Shown: in pieces, positions 28,646-37,760 of the stretch
Numbering within the stretch: position 1 is the stretch's first letter
Layout: each line of letters starts with the position of its first letter
From: Anaerolineae bacterium
GTDB taxonomy: Bacteria; Chloroflexota; Anaerolineae; UBA1429
Length of the DNA: 64,000 nt
Direction: 5' to 3'
Assembly (NCBI GenBank): GCA_963675785.1
Contig: OY776562.1
Location: 1,792,001 to 1,856,000, forward strand
Made by a program: the position numbers and the translations under genes
The notes under the pieces: model-generated
Database searches by the model: none
What the model was told of the DNA's origin: nothing
The model's input: the letters and a program-made list of their open reading frames with translations, nothing else

Positions 28646-29874
28646 TACTCCCGTTGATGGTCATCGACTGTATAATATGTTTCTTGAAGCCATTGACGCA
28701 TAAATGTCTCACGTCGAGCTTGTAAAGGCTCAAATTGGTACCTATTCGCAAGATCAAAATTGCGCCTAGCCTGTGCAGCAGCTAGCTCAGTATTTTGAAT
28801 ACATAGAATAATACGCTCGGCTAGATCTTTGGCATCATCTGCATTAACTAAGAAAGCCTCATCCACAAGTTCTGGAATTCCCCCTGCATAACTCCCCACA
28901 ACTGGACATCCCAAGGCCATCGCTTCGATGATAGAACGTGGAAGACCCTCTTGTTTACTAGGTTGTAGATAGATATCTGTATCAGTCAACCAAACCTCAA
29001 TCTCAGGACGCGAAAGCAATCCACGAAAAATTACGCGCTCCGCCACTCCCAAATGTTCGGCTAGAGCACGCCAACGTTCAGGATCGCCCCCACCTGCAAA
29101 ATTGAGCTGGATATCCAAACCGCGATCTAATAAGAGAGGAAGAGCACGAATTGCTACTTCATGCCCCTTGTAATTAACTCCGAGGGATCCCATAAGACCA
29201 AGACGAATTGAGGCATTGCCGTAAGACCATCTGGAAATGCGAGACAAGCGTTGCTCAAGGACCTTTGGGGAACGTTCTGGGATCACAACATCAGAACAAC
29301 CAATAGATTTGCCACGAGTCGGGTATCGGTTCTGAAGAAACTTCTGAGAGACATAGATTACGTGTGACGCACTAGCAATAATTTTGCGTAATCTGGCCGC
29401 GGCAAAAGGTGCATATATCTTTCCTAAAAAGGAACCGTGGTTCATCAACGCATCATATGGACAACCAACCACTTCAAACAATACGGGCACTCCCATTTTA
29501 TGAGCAATTGGTATGGCTATAAGAGCAATTTCGCTAGGCACTCGAGCAATCGCCACATCCACTTGGCGAAGCAAACCTTCAAGCTCTCTTTTGATCTGCC
29601 GATGGTTGAACAAAATGCTCAATCTATTTCGATTAACCACCAATCCTTTAAATGATACGCCACGACCACTCACACGCCTATTCTCATCAATAGAAATATC
29701 TGAGACGTACTGATAGCGGCCGACGACAACAAGATCATTGATTACCGATAAATAGCGCTTGAAAAAAGCATAATTCAAGCCAGATGCATAGGCTTCCCCG
29801 TCAATTGCAATACGATAGTCACCTGTCGATAGAAAAAGACCTTTTACGCAACTTGAGGTGCCTGTCTTGGTCAT
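28645..29874 (-). CDS. GT4 glycosyltransferase
   Basis: YKGHE, QPSKQEGLPRSIIEAMALGCPVVGSYAGGIPEL. Confidence 0.92.
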   Translation of the reverse strand: MTKTGTSSCVKGLFLSTGDYRIAIDGEAYASGLNYAFFKRYLSVINDLVVVGRYQYVSDISIDENRRVSGRGVSFKGLVVNRNRLSILFNHRQIKRELEGLLRQVDVAIARVPSEIALIAIPIAHKMGVPVLFEVVGCPYDALMNHGSFLGKIYAPFAAARLRKIIASASHVIYVSQKFLQNRYPTRGKSIGCSDVVIPERSPKVLEQRLSRISRWSYGNASIRLGLMGSLGVNYKGHEVAIRALPLLLDRGLDIQLNFAGGGDPERWRALAEHLGVAERVIFRGLLSRPEIEVWLTDTDIYLQPSKQEGLPRSIIEAMALGCPVVGSYAGGIPELVDEAFLVNADDAKDLAERIILCIQNTELAAAQARRNFDLANRYQFEPLQARRETFMRQWLQETYYTVDDHQRE

Positions 29875-29875
29875 T

Positions 29876-31252
29876 CTAAATATTCCGTATGTTATTCACG
29901 ACTAAACGCTGCTTTCCATTCTTCTCACAAGGTATTTCATCGACATATTCGATCGTAAAATCAGTACCCTCACCGAATTTATGTCGCAGCTCGTTGAGCA
30001 CAGAGGCGATATCCGTAGCAACAAAGAGAGCCTTATCAACGACAATTTTCACCAAAACCTCGCCGATCGCCTCTTGGACAAATTGGGCTTGGATAGCCGA
30101 ATTAGGAAGATACTTGAGTGCTCCTCCAAGGTTAGCTTCCATTACCTTACTGCCATTCGCCGTGAGAAGATAGTTTCCCAATCTACCTTGAATGCTGCGA
30201 ATGAGTGGGGTGTTATTCCCGCATGTGCACATCTCATCTTCAGTCGCAAAAACCATGCAATCACCAACTGCATACCTTATGAGCGGCGTACCATAGCTGG
30301 TAAAACTTGTAATCAGAATCTCATCAGAATCTATACTGTAAGGTTCAATAACGCCTGAAAAAACATCATAATGCAGTTTGCCGTGAGGGCACTCGGTTAC
30401 AAAAGGGGCTCCCTCCGAAGAAGCATATTGATCTCGTACTGGGCAGTTGAACACGCTCTCAATAGTCTGTCTGTATTGTGGTGTCAGAGTTTCTGCCGTT
30501 GGGAAAACAGCAATGGGTTGAAAATTGAGCTTTATGCCATTACGTTCAATAAAAGAGGCGACTTCATATATCCTCGAAGGATGTCCATCGATCGACTGAG
30601 GCCTGAATTTTTGAAGATTCTCCACATAGTAAAGCAGATTCTCTTCAGTGAGATAAAAGGATGAGTAGACTCGCTGGCGAACTGACCAATTATCCCGCCA
30701 GAATACTTTACCGGCATAGCCGGGCGGAACGACATACCTAGCATTGAAAGAGGCTCGACGCATTTTCCTATTCACAAAGCCGTGTCGTTCCTTGAAATGA
30801 TCCAACGTGGCCATGCGCTGTTGCATGTCATCAATCGTCCTTAAGCCTATAAGGCTTTTACCAGTAGTTCCCCCCGTATGCCATTCGATGGCACCTTTAC
30901 GAGGGATTGTTATAATCCGATTGATGTTTTGCCTGAACATCTCTTTTGTAACAGATGGAAGTTGGGCAAAATCTGCAAGCGTTTGGATATCCTCTGGTTC
31001 CAAATCACCATATAGCTCTCGATAAAATGGACTGTGTTCTATCGCATAGGCAATCAAAGTGCGAAGCTTCTCGAGTTGAATTGCTCGTTGAGCTTCACGA
31101 GGCAACTTTTCGCAACGTTCGAGCTCTCTTTTGTATTCACGATAGACACGCCCATACCGTTGATGGTACACCTTAACGCCGTAGACATTTGACATGACAT
31201 TCTGAAACCAGATAGGAGCATGATCATAGATTTTATTGAGAGAACTTGACAT
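29876..31252 (-). CDS. CapK-like phenylacetate-CoA ligase family adenylating enzyme
   Basis: HTGGTTG P-loop, DQYASSEG, PLIRYAVGD, IQGR, KNGKQR. Confidence 0.85.
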   Translation of the reverse strand: MSSSLNKIYDHAPIWFQNVMSNVYGVKVYHQRYGRVYREYKRELERCEKLPREAQRAIQLEKLRTLIAYAIEHSPFYRELYGDLEPEDIQTLADFAQLPSVTKEMFRQNINRIITIPRKGAIEWHTGGTTGKSLIGLRTIDDMQQRMATLDHFKERHGFVNRKMRRASFNARYVVPPGYAGKVFWRDNWSVRQRVYSSFYLTEENLLYYVENLQKFRPQSIDGHPSRIYEVASFIERNGIKLNFQPIAVFPTAETLTPQYRQTIESVFNCPVRDQYASSEGAPFVTECPHGKLHYDVFSGVIEPYSIDSDEILITSFTSYGTPLIRYAVGDCMVFATEDEMCTCGNNTPLIRSIQGRLGNYLLTANGSKVMEANLGGALKYLPNSAIQAQFVQEAIGEVLVKIVVDKALFVATDIASVLNELRHKFGEGTDFTIEYVDEIPCEKNGKQRLVVNNIRNI

Positions 31253-31422
31253 GATTACTCCAGTATTCGGCCCCCAAAGATAAGGGATTCACAGCTCAAA
31301 ATGATGCTATCTTGACGGATTGACTTCACTCATCCAGGCTACATAATTAACCAGATCTGCCATCTTTACACTGTTTAGCTTGAGCAAAAACACTCGCACA
31401 AGACTGGTAGGACAAGAGCCAG

Positions 31423-32409
31423 CTACAGTGTCACAATGTCTTTGGCCCAGGAGCGGTTGTCGAAATACCACTTGACCAACTGTTCCAGCCCGCTTTCGAT
31501 AGTCTGTTGGCTCTGCCAGCCCAATAACTCGCGAGCCTTGGACACATTAGCCCAGGTCGCGGTAATGTCCGACGCCTGGAAAGGTTTGAATACGAAATCA
31601 GCTTTTTTACCAATGAGACCTTCTAGAATGTGGATTGCGTCCATCAGAACAATGGGATGATCGGAACCGAGGTTGATGATTTCATAACCCAACTTTTTCT
31701 GGCCAAGGATGGTTCCGCGGGCGATGTCATCTACATAAGTGAAATCGCGCGATTGTGTACCATCCCCGTAGATCACGACGGGGCGACCTTCGCTAATCCA
31801 CTGGGTAAAGCGAAATAGACTCATCTCCGGACGCCCGGCGGGGCCATAGACGGTGAAGTAGCGGTTCACGGTGATATCGATGCCGTGCAAATAGTGATAA
31901 GCATAGCACATCTCCTCTGCCGCTTTTTTGGAAGCAGGGTAGGGAGCGAGGGGCCTAGAGGCTGCAGCAGTCTCGGTAAAAGGGATGGCACTATCCTTGC
32001 CGTAAACGCTGGAAGTTGAAGCCAGTTGGAACTTGTTCACGCCAAACTCACGACACAACTCGAGAAGGTTGACGACACCTACCGTGTTGGTTTCTATATA
32101 AATCCAGGGATTCAATACGGATTGGGGCACGCCGGCACGAGCAGCCAAGTTGAACACGCACTCAAATGGCTCGGGCTGCGCATGCGTTGCAAAGACCTTG
32201 CGCATGATCTCAAGATCCCTGATATCTTCCCGATAAAAAGTAAAACCCTGACATTCAAGGAGTTGCTGCAAACGCCATTCTTTGAGGCGCACATCATAGG
32301 CATCATTGAGACAATCGATACCTACTACCTCATGTCCACCATCGAGAAGTTGTGCCGCTACACGATTTGCAATGAACCCTGCCACGCCCGTTACTAAGTA
32401 TCGACTCAT
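31423..32409 (-). CDS. NAD-dependent UDP-uronate 4-epimerase (CapI-like)
   Basis: VTGVAGFIA, NLAARAGV, ASTSSVYG, YPASKKAAE (YxxxK), RYFTVYGPAGRP, RDFTYVDD. Confidence 0.9.
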   Translation of the reverse strand: MSRYLVTGVAGFIANRVAAQLLDGGHEVVGIDCLNDAYDVRLKEWRLQQLLECQGFTFYREDIRDLEIMRKVFATHAQPEPFECVFNLAARAGVPQSVLNPWIYIETNTVGVVNLLELCREFGVNKFQLASTSSVYGKDSAIPFTETAAASRPLAPYPASKKAAEEMCYAYHYLHGIDITVNRYFTVYGPAGRPEMSLFRFTQWISEGRPVVIYGDGTQSRDFTYVDDIARGTILGQKKLGYEIINLGSDHPIVLMDAIHILEGLIGKKADFVFKPFQASDITATWANVSKARELLGWQSQQTIESGLEQLVKWYFDNRSWAKDIVTL

Positions 32410-32846
32410 CTTCACTCTCTATTTCTGTTGGCAACACACCATCGCCCAAGCTACCAACCTGAAGGCAACGGGAGCCATTATAGCACACAAAAACGCATTT
32501 TAATTTATAGATTCGCATATCTATGTCAACCCACTCACCCGACTATCCTATGTTACAACCATTCCTACCCAATTGCCAGAGAACTGAGCTTGAGGCGGGC
32601 AGAAATCCTCTCAGGCCAAGCACTAATGGCCCTCAGGTGTTGGATCCGTATATCAATACCCAATCTCCTATCCAGAATATGTATAAATCGATGGATAGCC
32701 TGAGACTCACAAACTCGACGTTGCACGCACTCAACTTGATGTTAGAATATGTTAAGAAGTTGTTAGGGGAAGTTTTTGATTCATGCTTCATGCCCTGTTT
32801 TTTGATGCAAGCATACTCCCCACACACCCACAAGACTGGAGACACC

Positions 32847-34304
32847 ATGAATACCAAAGAGATTACCATTTTGCATTCGAATGATATGCACGGTGATTTT
32901 ATAGCCGAGATACAAGGTGCGGAAGGAAAGCTAATTGGCGGCCTGGGACGGTTAGCCGGATATCTAAACAAAGTGCGTGCTGAAACCCCAAATACACTTT
33001 ATGTCATCTCTGGAGATATGGTACAAGGCTCGCTTATCGATTCTGAATACAAGGGCATTTCCACCATCGAGATCATGAACTATTTGGCGCCCGATGTGGT
33101 TACTCTGGGCAATCATGAACTAGACTATGGGTTGGCTCATATGTTGTTTCTCGAAAAGATGGCCAACTTCCCCATTGTGAATGCCAATCTCTATATCAAG
33201 CAATATCACCGCCGGCTCATGCAGCCATATTATGTTCTTAACGTAGATGGTTACGATATCCTCTTTATCGGCATCATCACTGAAGCCGTGCTCAAGTCCA
33301 TCAAACAAGATACCAATATCGGCACATTTATTGATCTGGAAGACGCGGCCAGTGAGGTAGGGCGGATCTGCAATGCCTACAAGGATCAGGATATCGACCT
33401 GACTGTCTTGCTCACTCATATTGGCTTTGAATCGGACAAAGAGCTTGCTGCAATGTTGGATCCTGCTTGGGGCGTTGACCTAATCATTGGCGGCCATTCC
33501 CATACGATCCTTGACCAACCTGCAAACGTAAATGGTATTTTGATCACTCAAGCGGGCACAGGCACTGATCAGATAGGTCGTTTTGACTTGATTGTTGACG
33601 ATGACACTAATAGTATCGTCGACTGGACTTGGCAACTCTTGCCAGTAAACGAGAATCTGGCAGAATCAGATACTGAACTCGACGCATTCATTAACATTTA
33701 TCAGCAAGAAGTAGACCGCAAATACAATACGATTATCTCACACCTAGCCAGACCATTAACTCACCCTGCGCGAGAGCAAGAAACAGAACTTGGGAACCTG
33801 TTCGCCGATATCATCTCTGAGCACGCTGATGTGGATGTCGTGTTTGTGGGAAGTGGATCAATTCGTACCAAAAGCCTTGGCCCCATGGTAACCCTGGGAT
33901 TATTGCGACAGACCCTGCCCTACGATGATAGCCTTTATTCATTCACGATCAGTGGCGCACAATTACGTTCCGTCTTTGCACACGTGATGCGTCCCGAAAA
34001 CCGTACAGGCGAAGGTGAATGTTACCAAGTCAATCGAGGTATCCGCGCTGTTTATGATAATAACACTCGAACGTTAGTGTCGCTCGATGTAGCTGGCGAA
34101 CCCGTCGACGACAAAGCTAGTTATACGATTTTGCTGCAAACCTTCCATTATAAGAACTGTCAAGAAAATATTGGCTTGACGAATGAAGAGCTGGGACAGT
34201 CACGGGTGGTCAGCACGTCCATTCGCGACGTGATCGAAGAGTATTTCACTTCACATCAACACCCCGATGCCGTTCTCGAGGGAAGACTCGTCTATTTAGG
34301 TTAG
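32847..34304 (+). CDS. Bifunctional metallophosphatase/5'-nucleotidase, no signal peptide
   Basis: ILHSNDMHG, SGDMVQG, LGNHELDYG, LTHIG, IIGGHSH; ATG 32847 with GGAG RBS (ORF-track start 32523 is too long). Confidence 0.9.
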   Translation: MNTKEITILHSNDMHGDFIAEIQGAEGKLIGGLGRLAGYLNKVRAETPNTLYVISGDMVQGSLIDSEYKGISTIEIMNYLAPDVVTLGNHELDYGLAHMLFLEKMANFPIVNANLYIKQYHRRLMQPYYVLNVDGYDILFIGIITEAVLKSIKQDTNIGTFIDLEDAASEVGRICNAYKDQDIDLTVLLTHIGFESDKELAAMLDPAWGVDLIIGGHSHTILDQPANVNGILITQAGTGTDQIGRFDLIVDDDTNSIVDWTWQLLPVNENLAESDTELDAFINIYQQEVDRKYNTIISHLARPLTHPAREQETELGNLFADIISEHADVDVVFVGSGSIRTKSLGPMVTLGLLRQTLPYDDSLYSFTISGAQLRSVFAHVMRPENRTGEGECYQVNRGIRAVYDNNTRTLVSLDVAGEPVDDKASYTILLQTFHYKNCQENIGLTNEELGQSRVVSTSIRDVIEEYFTSHQHPDAVLEGRLVYLG

Positions 34305-34318
34305 TAGTCAACTTGCAT

Positions 34319-34353
34319 TAAAAAGGGGCTCGCGGTTTGGCGAGCCCCTTTTT
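34319..34353. terminator. Intrinsic terminator
   Basis: AAAAAAGGGGCTCGC-ggtttg-GCGAGCCCCTTTT. Confidence 0.85.
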
Positions 34354-34451
34354 AATCTGGGTCTGATCCCCTTGCATTGTTTCTGCACCTGTGCCAAAAA
34401 GGGATCATGCAGGTTTGTCGCTTATTCTGTAGCGTAAACTGGAGACACAAC

Positions 34452-35222
34452 ATGAGCATGCTAGACAAGTTTCGTCTGACTGGTAAAAAGATCATCGTAA
34501 CCGGCGGTGCCGGCGGCATTGGTGAAACCGTCATCTATGCCTTGGCAGAAGTAGGTGCAGAAATCGCTGTTATCGATCTTGATCCAAAAGGCATTGAGCG
34601 CGTCGTCAACAATTTGCAACAACGTGGAACGCGAGCCATGGGCTACAAGGCCGATTTGACGAGTCAAGACGAAGTGAAGGCTATGGTGGAGGCAGTCGTT
34701 TCAGAAATGGGCACAGTCGATGTGCTCTGGAATAACGCTGGTATCTTTCAGAATGTACCTGCAGAAGACATGAATTATGCCGAGTGGCTACGCATTATCG
34801 ACATCAATCTAAACACGGTATTTGCCGTATCGCAGGCCGTAGCCCCCATCATGATAGCCAACAAAAGGGGAACCATTATCAATACGGCGTCCATGTCAGG
34901 CCTGGTGGTGAATGTGCCCCAAAAGCAAGCGGGCTATAATACCGCCAAAGCAGGGATCATTCAGTTGACAAGAACACTGGCTACCGAATGGGCGCCATAC
35001 GGTATTCGCGTTAACAGCATCAGCCCCGGTTATATTGCCACCAACAAGGTCATCGGCGGGGATTATACCCATCTATTTGATTATTGGTTGGAAAGAACGC
35101 CCATGCACCGCATGGGATCCCCCGAGGAATTGGCTGGAGCTGTCATTTATCTGGCCAGTGATGCCTCAAGCTTTACGACTGGCGAAAATATCGTTATCGA
35201 TGGCGGGTATAGCATCGTGTAA
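34452..35222 (+). CDS. SDR-family oxidoreductase (sugar/polyol reductase-like)
   Basis: TGGAGGIG, NNAGI, YNTAKAG (YxxxK), RVNSISPG, DGGY; ATG 34452 with GGAG RBS. Confidence 0.92.
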   Translation: MSMLDKFRLTGKKIIVTGGAGGIGETVIYALAEVGAEIAVIDLDPKGIERVVNNLQQRGTRAMGYKADLTSQDEVKAMVEAVVSEMGTVDVLWNNAGIFQNVPAEDMNYAEWLRIIDINLNTVFAVSQAVAPIMIANKRGTIINTASMSGLVVNVPQKQAGYNTAKAGIIQLTRTLATEWAPYGIRVNSISPGYIATNKVIGGDYTHLFDYWLERTPMHRMGSPEELAGAVIYLASDASSFTTGENIVIDGGYSIV

Positions 35223-35274
35223 TATCATCCCACCTTCAATCTGCCCTGATCACTGAACAAGTTCTTCTTGTATA

Positions 35275-35318
35275 CAAAAGCACTCCATCAGCAGAATTCT
35301 GCTGACGGAGTGCTTTTG
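35275..35318 (+). terminator. Strong intrinsic terminator insulating the archaellum locus
   Basis: CAAAAGCACTCCaTCAGCAG-aatt-CTGCTGAcGGAGTGCTTTTG. Confidence 0.85.
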
Positions 35319-35369
35319 TCTCTCGCTAGCCCTTACTCTTTCAATATCATTCGCAACGAGAATGGAGAG

Positions 35370-35640
35370 CAATTTTAGTACTGTTTACAGTTTTTATATT
35401 CTTATTTTATGTTTTTAATATCTTAAAATCACTTTATTCAAGTAAAAATACTAGTAAGATCATTCTGCAATTTTTATGTTAACTAATTATGTTAATAAAA
35501 TATCAATTTATGTTTAACTAGGATATTATGTCTAATAAATAATCATATCTATTTAACTATCGGTCTAAAATATTAGTAGATGTTAAGATAATTTTTACAT
35601 CTAGATATACTATTTTATTACTCTATTTAACGCGCAGTTT
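35370..35640 (+). promoter_or_regulatory. Very AT-rich upstream control region of the archaellum operon with TTATGT direct repeats
   Basis: Lines 35401-35460 and 35461-35520 each contain only 10 G+C in 60 nt; TTATGT at 35407, 35474, 35487, 35508 and 35526. Confidence 0.55.
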
Positions 35641-35847
35641 ATGCCCACTACCTGCATATAGCAGTATAAAAGAAGGGTATCCAGTGCACTTATCGCTCTG
35701 GAATTACAGGATTACCGAGTCTAGCTGATGTGTTCATCTCGCCAACACGATCACCCTTGACATCAGATAGACCAGGAGGAGGAGTGGTACGGAATGTACA
35801 AACAGTGGTGTCACAAAGCTTTTTCCAGAAGAGGAAAGGAACAGAAC

Positions 35848-36411
35848 ATGAACCGTCATTTGGAGTGTCGTAGAGACGACCGTGGTTTTACCGCACTGGA
35901 AACCGCCATTATTTTGATGGCTTTTGTGGTGGTCGCCTCGGTATTCGCTTTTACCATGCTATCGTCTGGCATGAGCTCTACTGAGCAGAGCAAGCAAGCT
36001 ATTGCAGCAGGTATGGAAGAAGTTTCCGGCAGTATGGAATTGCGCGGTAGCGTGATTGCAGCAGGCAGCGAAGATGCCGTAACTTCCGTCACTTTTTGCG
36101 TAGCTAATGCCGCAGGTGGAGACCCCATCGATCTTACGACCGGTGAGAACAACGTACTGGTTATCGACTATCGCACCACCGCAACCCGTACAGCCGACGT
36201 GGCCTGGACAGTAGCATGGCAGGGCAATAACGATGGCGATAGCCTTCTCGAAGATCGCGAACTGGCTGAGATCACCGTAGCCGTTCCTGCAGGATCCACA
36301 CTGAGCGCGAACACCGAGTTTGTGCTCGAAGTCCGACCTGAAAAAGGCGGCGTATTGGAAATTGAGCGAACCACTCCTGCCAAGATTGATGCAGTGATGG
36401 ACCTCGGGTAA
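35848..36411 (+). CDS. arlB: Archaellin (archaeal-type flagellin) ArlB/FlaB; alternative start at 35794
   Basis: Class III signal peptide RRDDRG|FTALETAIILMAFVVVASVFAF, the canonical archaellin N-terminus with E+5; C-terminal DGDSLLEDRELAEI and FVLEVRPEKG..IERTTP archaellin motifs. Confidence 0.95.
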   Translation: MNRHLECRRDDRGFTALETAIILMAFVVVASVFAFTMLSSGMSSTEQSKQAIAAGMEEVSGSMELRGSVIAAGSEDAVTSVTFCVANAAGGDPIDLTTGENNVLVIDYRTTATRTADVAWTVAWQGNNDGDSLLEDRELAEITVAVPAGSTLSANTEFVLEVRPEKGGVLEIERTTPAKIDAVMDLG

Positions 36412-36476
36412 TTCGTCCACTCCTCCCTATGTCTCCGCCATTTGTGGCGAGTGGTGGGACACAGAGTTCACTCCTT

Positions 36477-36516
36477 GGTTTGAGCGGTTCACCTCCTTCG
36501 GTGGGCCGCTCAAACC
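36477..36516 (+). other. Strong intergenic hairpin between arlB and the next gene, no U tract
   Basis: GGTTTGAGCGG-TTCACC-tccttc-GGTGGG-CCGCTCAAACC, 17-bp stem including two G-U pairs. Confidence 0.75.
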
Positions 36517-36535
36517 GCACCAAAAGGAAATCAAA

Positions 36536-37228
36536 ATGGCTGATCTCGAACAGCGCGTAAAACGTCTTGAAGGCGAACTTAGAATCCTGAAGAACCAAAT
36601 CCAGATGACTTTGCTGGATATTCAGGCTGAGTTGGCCGCCCATTATTATCCCGAATTGCGAACAGAGTTGGAGAGCATTCCCCAGGCTCCAAGAGCTGTT
36701 TCCGGGACGAAAGCCATAGATTCTAGAGCCAAGTCACAAGCCGCTTCTACACCATACGAAAATAACGATACACAAGAGCCCGATGATGCTGAACCAATAC
36801 TCTTGAAAAAAGTGTCTCTTGATCAAATCCATCAACAGCCTCCCAGACCACATGCTTCGCTCAAAGATGATCCGGATGAGCTGGAAATCGTTGATCAAAT
36901 GGTCGCTGTGGCCTATCCCGATCTGGATGATGCCGAACCTTTGCTGACAGAACGTGAGAACAATCTGTGCGCAGAGCCTCTCAATAATCCGATTATTCAA
37001 GCCAGTGTAATACGTTGGACTGGTGACACAGTCACTGTTCTTGGTAAAGAGCAAACGCGCAAGATCATTGAGCTTTGTATTCTGGATGGAAGAATAGATA
37101 AAAAATGGGCAGAGCGATTAAAGCGATTGCTTGATCTTGGCGCAGAGTACGAACCCGAAGAAACACCTTCATTTGATGCAGTACTCAATGCCATGGTTGA
37201 ACTGGTCGAGATTCTGGACGCCCACTAG
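36536..37228 (+). CDS. ArlC/D/E (FlaD/E)-like archaellum accessory protein
   Basis: N-terminal coiled coil LEQRVKRLEGELRILKNQIQ, acidic linker, C-terminal IRW..V..LG..QT..IIE....DGRI...A..L pattern resembling the FlaD/E domain; position between arlB and arlG. Confidence 0.6.
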   Translation: MADLEQRVKRLEGELRILKNQIQMTLLDIQAELAAHYYPELRTELESIPQAPRAVSGTKAIDSRAKSQAASTPYENNDTQEPDDAEPILLKKVSLDQIHQQPPRPHASLKDDPDELEIVDQMVAVAYPDLDDAEPLLTERENNLCAEPLNNPIIQASVIRWTGDTVTVLGKEQTRKIIELCILDGRIDKKWAERLKRLLDLGAEYEPEETPSFDAVLNAMVELVEILDAH

Positions 37229-37245
37229 AACAGCGGAGGCTATCG

Positions 37246-37758
37246 TTGGACCACCCTATTATTACGTCTCTCATGATCGTCGTAGCTGTGATTTGTGCAA
37301 TGCTTGTGTTCCAGGCAGTGTATCCTTCGGTGGTCCGCGGCTCCGATTCGGTAGTCTCGATGGAAAGACAGCTTTCTGAACGCCTCAAGACTGAAATAGC
37401 CATCATTCATGCTGCCTCAGAGCTTGATCCTGACGGCAATTGGCAAGATGTCAACCTGGATGGCGATTTTTCCAGCTTTATATGGGTCAAGAACCTTGGC
37501 GAAATTACCTTGAGCTCTGTTGAAAGCTGCGATGTTTTTTACGGTCCTGAAGGCAATTGGGCACGAGTTCCTTTTGAGGACGAAGCTGAAGGCGCTTATC
37601 CCTATTGGACATGGGAGCTGGAAAACGCCGAAACCTGGCAGCCAACGGCCACACTCAAGATAACCATTCATGATCTGTCGGTACCCGAATCGGGGCGGTA
37701 TCTTGCCAAAGTCACTACGCAAAATGGCATATCTGACGAGCTCTTGTTTGGGATGTAG
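37246..37758 (+). CDS. arlG: Archaellum stator protein ArlG/FlaG
   Basis: N-terminal TM, LSERLKTEIAIIHA, FIWVKNLG, DVFYG, WQPTATLKITI, KVTTQNG; TTG start with GGAGG RBS. Confidence 0.85.
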   Translation: MDHPIITSLMIVVAVICAMLVFQAVYPSVVRGSDSVVSMERQLSERLKTEIAIIHAASELDPDGNWQDVNLDGDFSSFIWVKNLGEITLSSVESCDVFYGPEGNWARVPFEDEAEGAYPYWTWELENAETWQPTATLKITIHDLSVPESGRYLAKVTTQNGISDELLFGM

Positions 37759-37760
37759 CC

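Noticed and set aside
32575-32640. Possible glycine riboswitch (AATCCTCTCAGG motif) upstream of the 5'-nucleotidase
   Set aside because: The GGAGA and CCGAAG conserved elements are missing and the downstream gene is unrelated; an Rfam scan would settle it.
32523-32846. 108-aa N-terminal extension of the 5'-nucleotidase in the ORF track
   Set aside because: Homology-like sequence and an RBS begin at ATG 32847; the extension reads as intergenic promoter DNA.
35959-36643. Antisense ORFs over arlB suggested by minus-strand AGGAG motifs
   Set aside because: The SD-like motifs are not properly spaced from starts of any substantial ORF, and the translations show no recognisable features.
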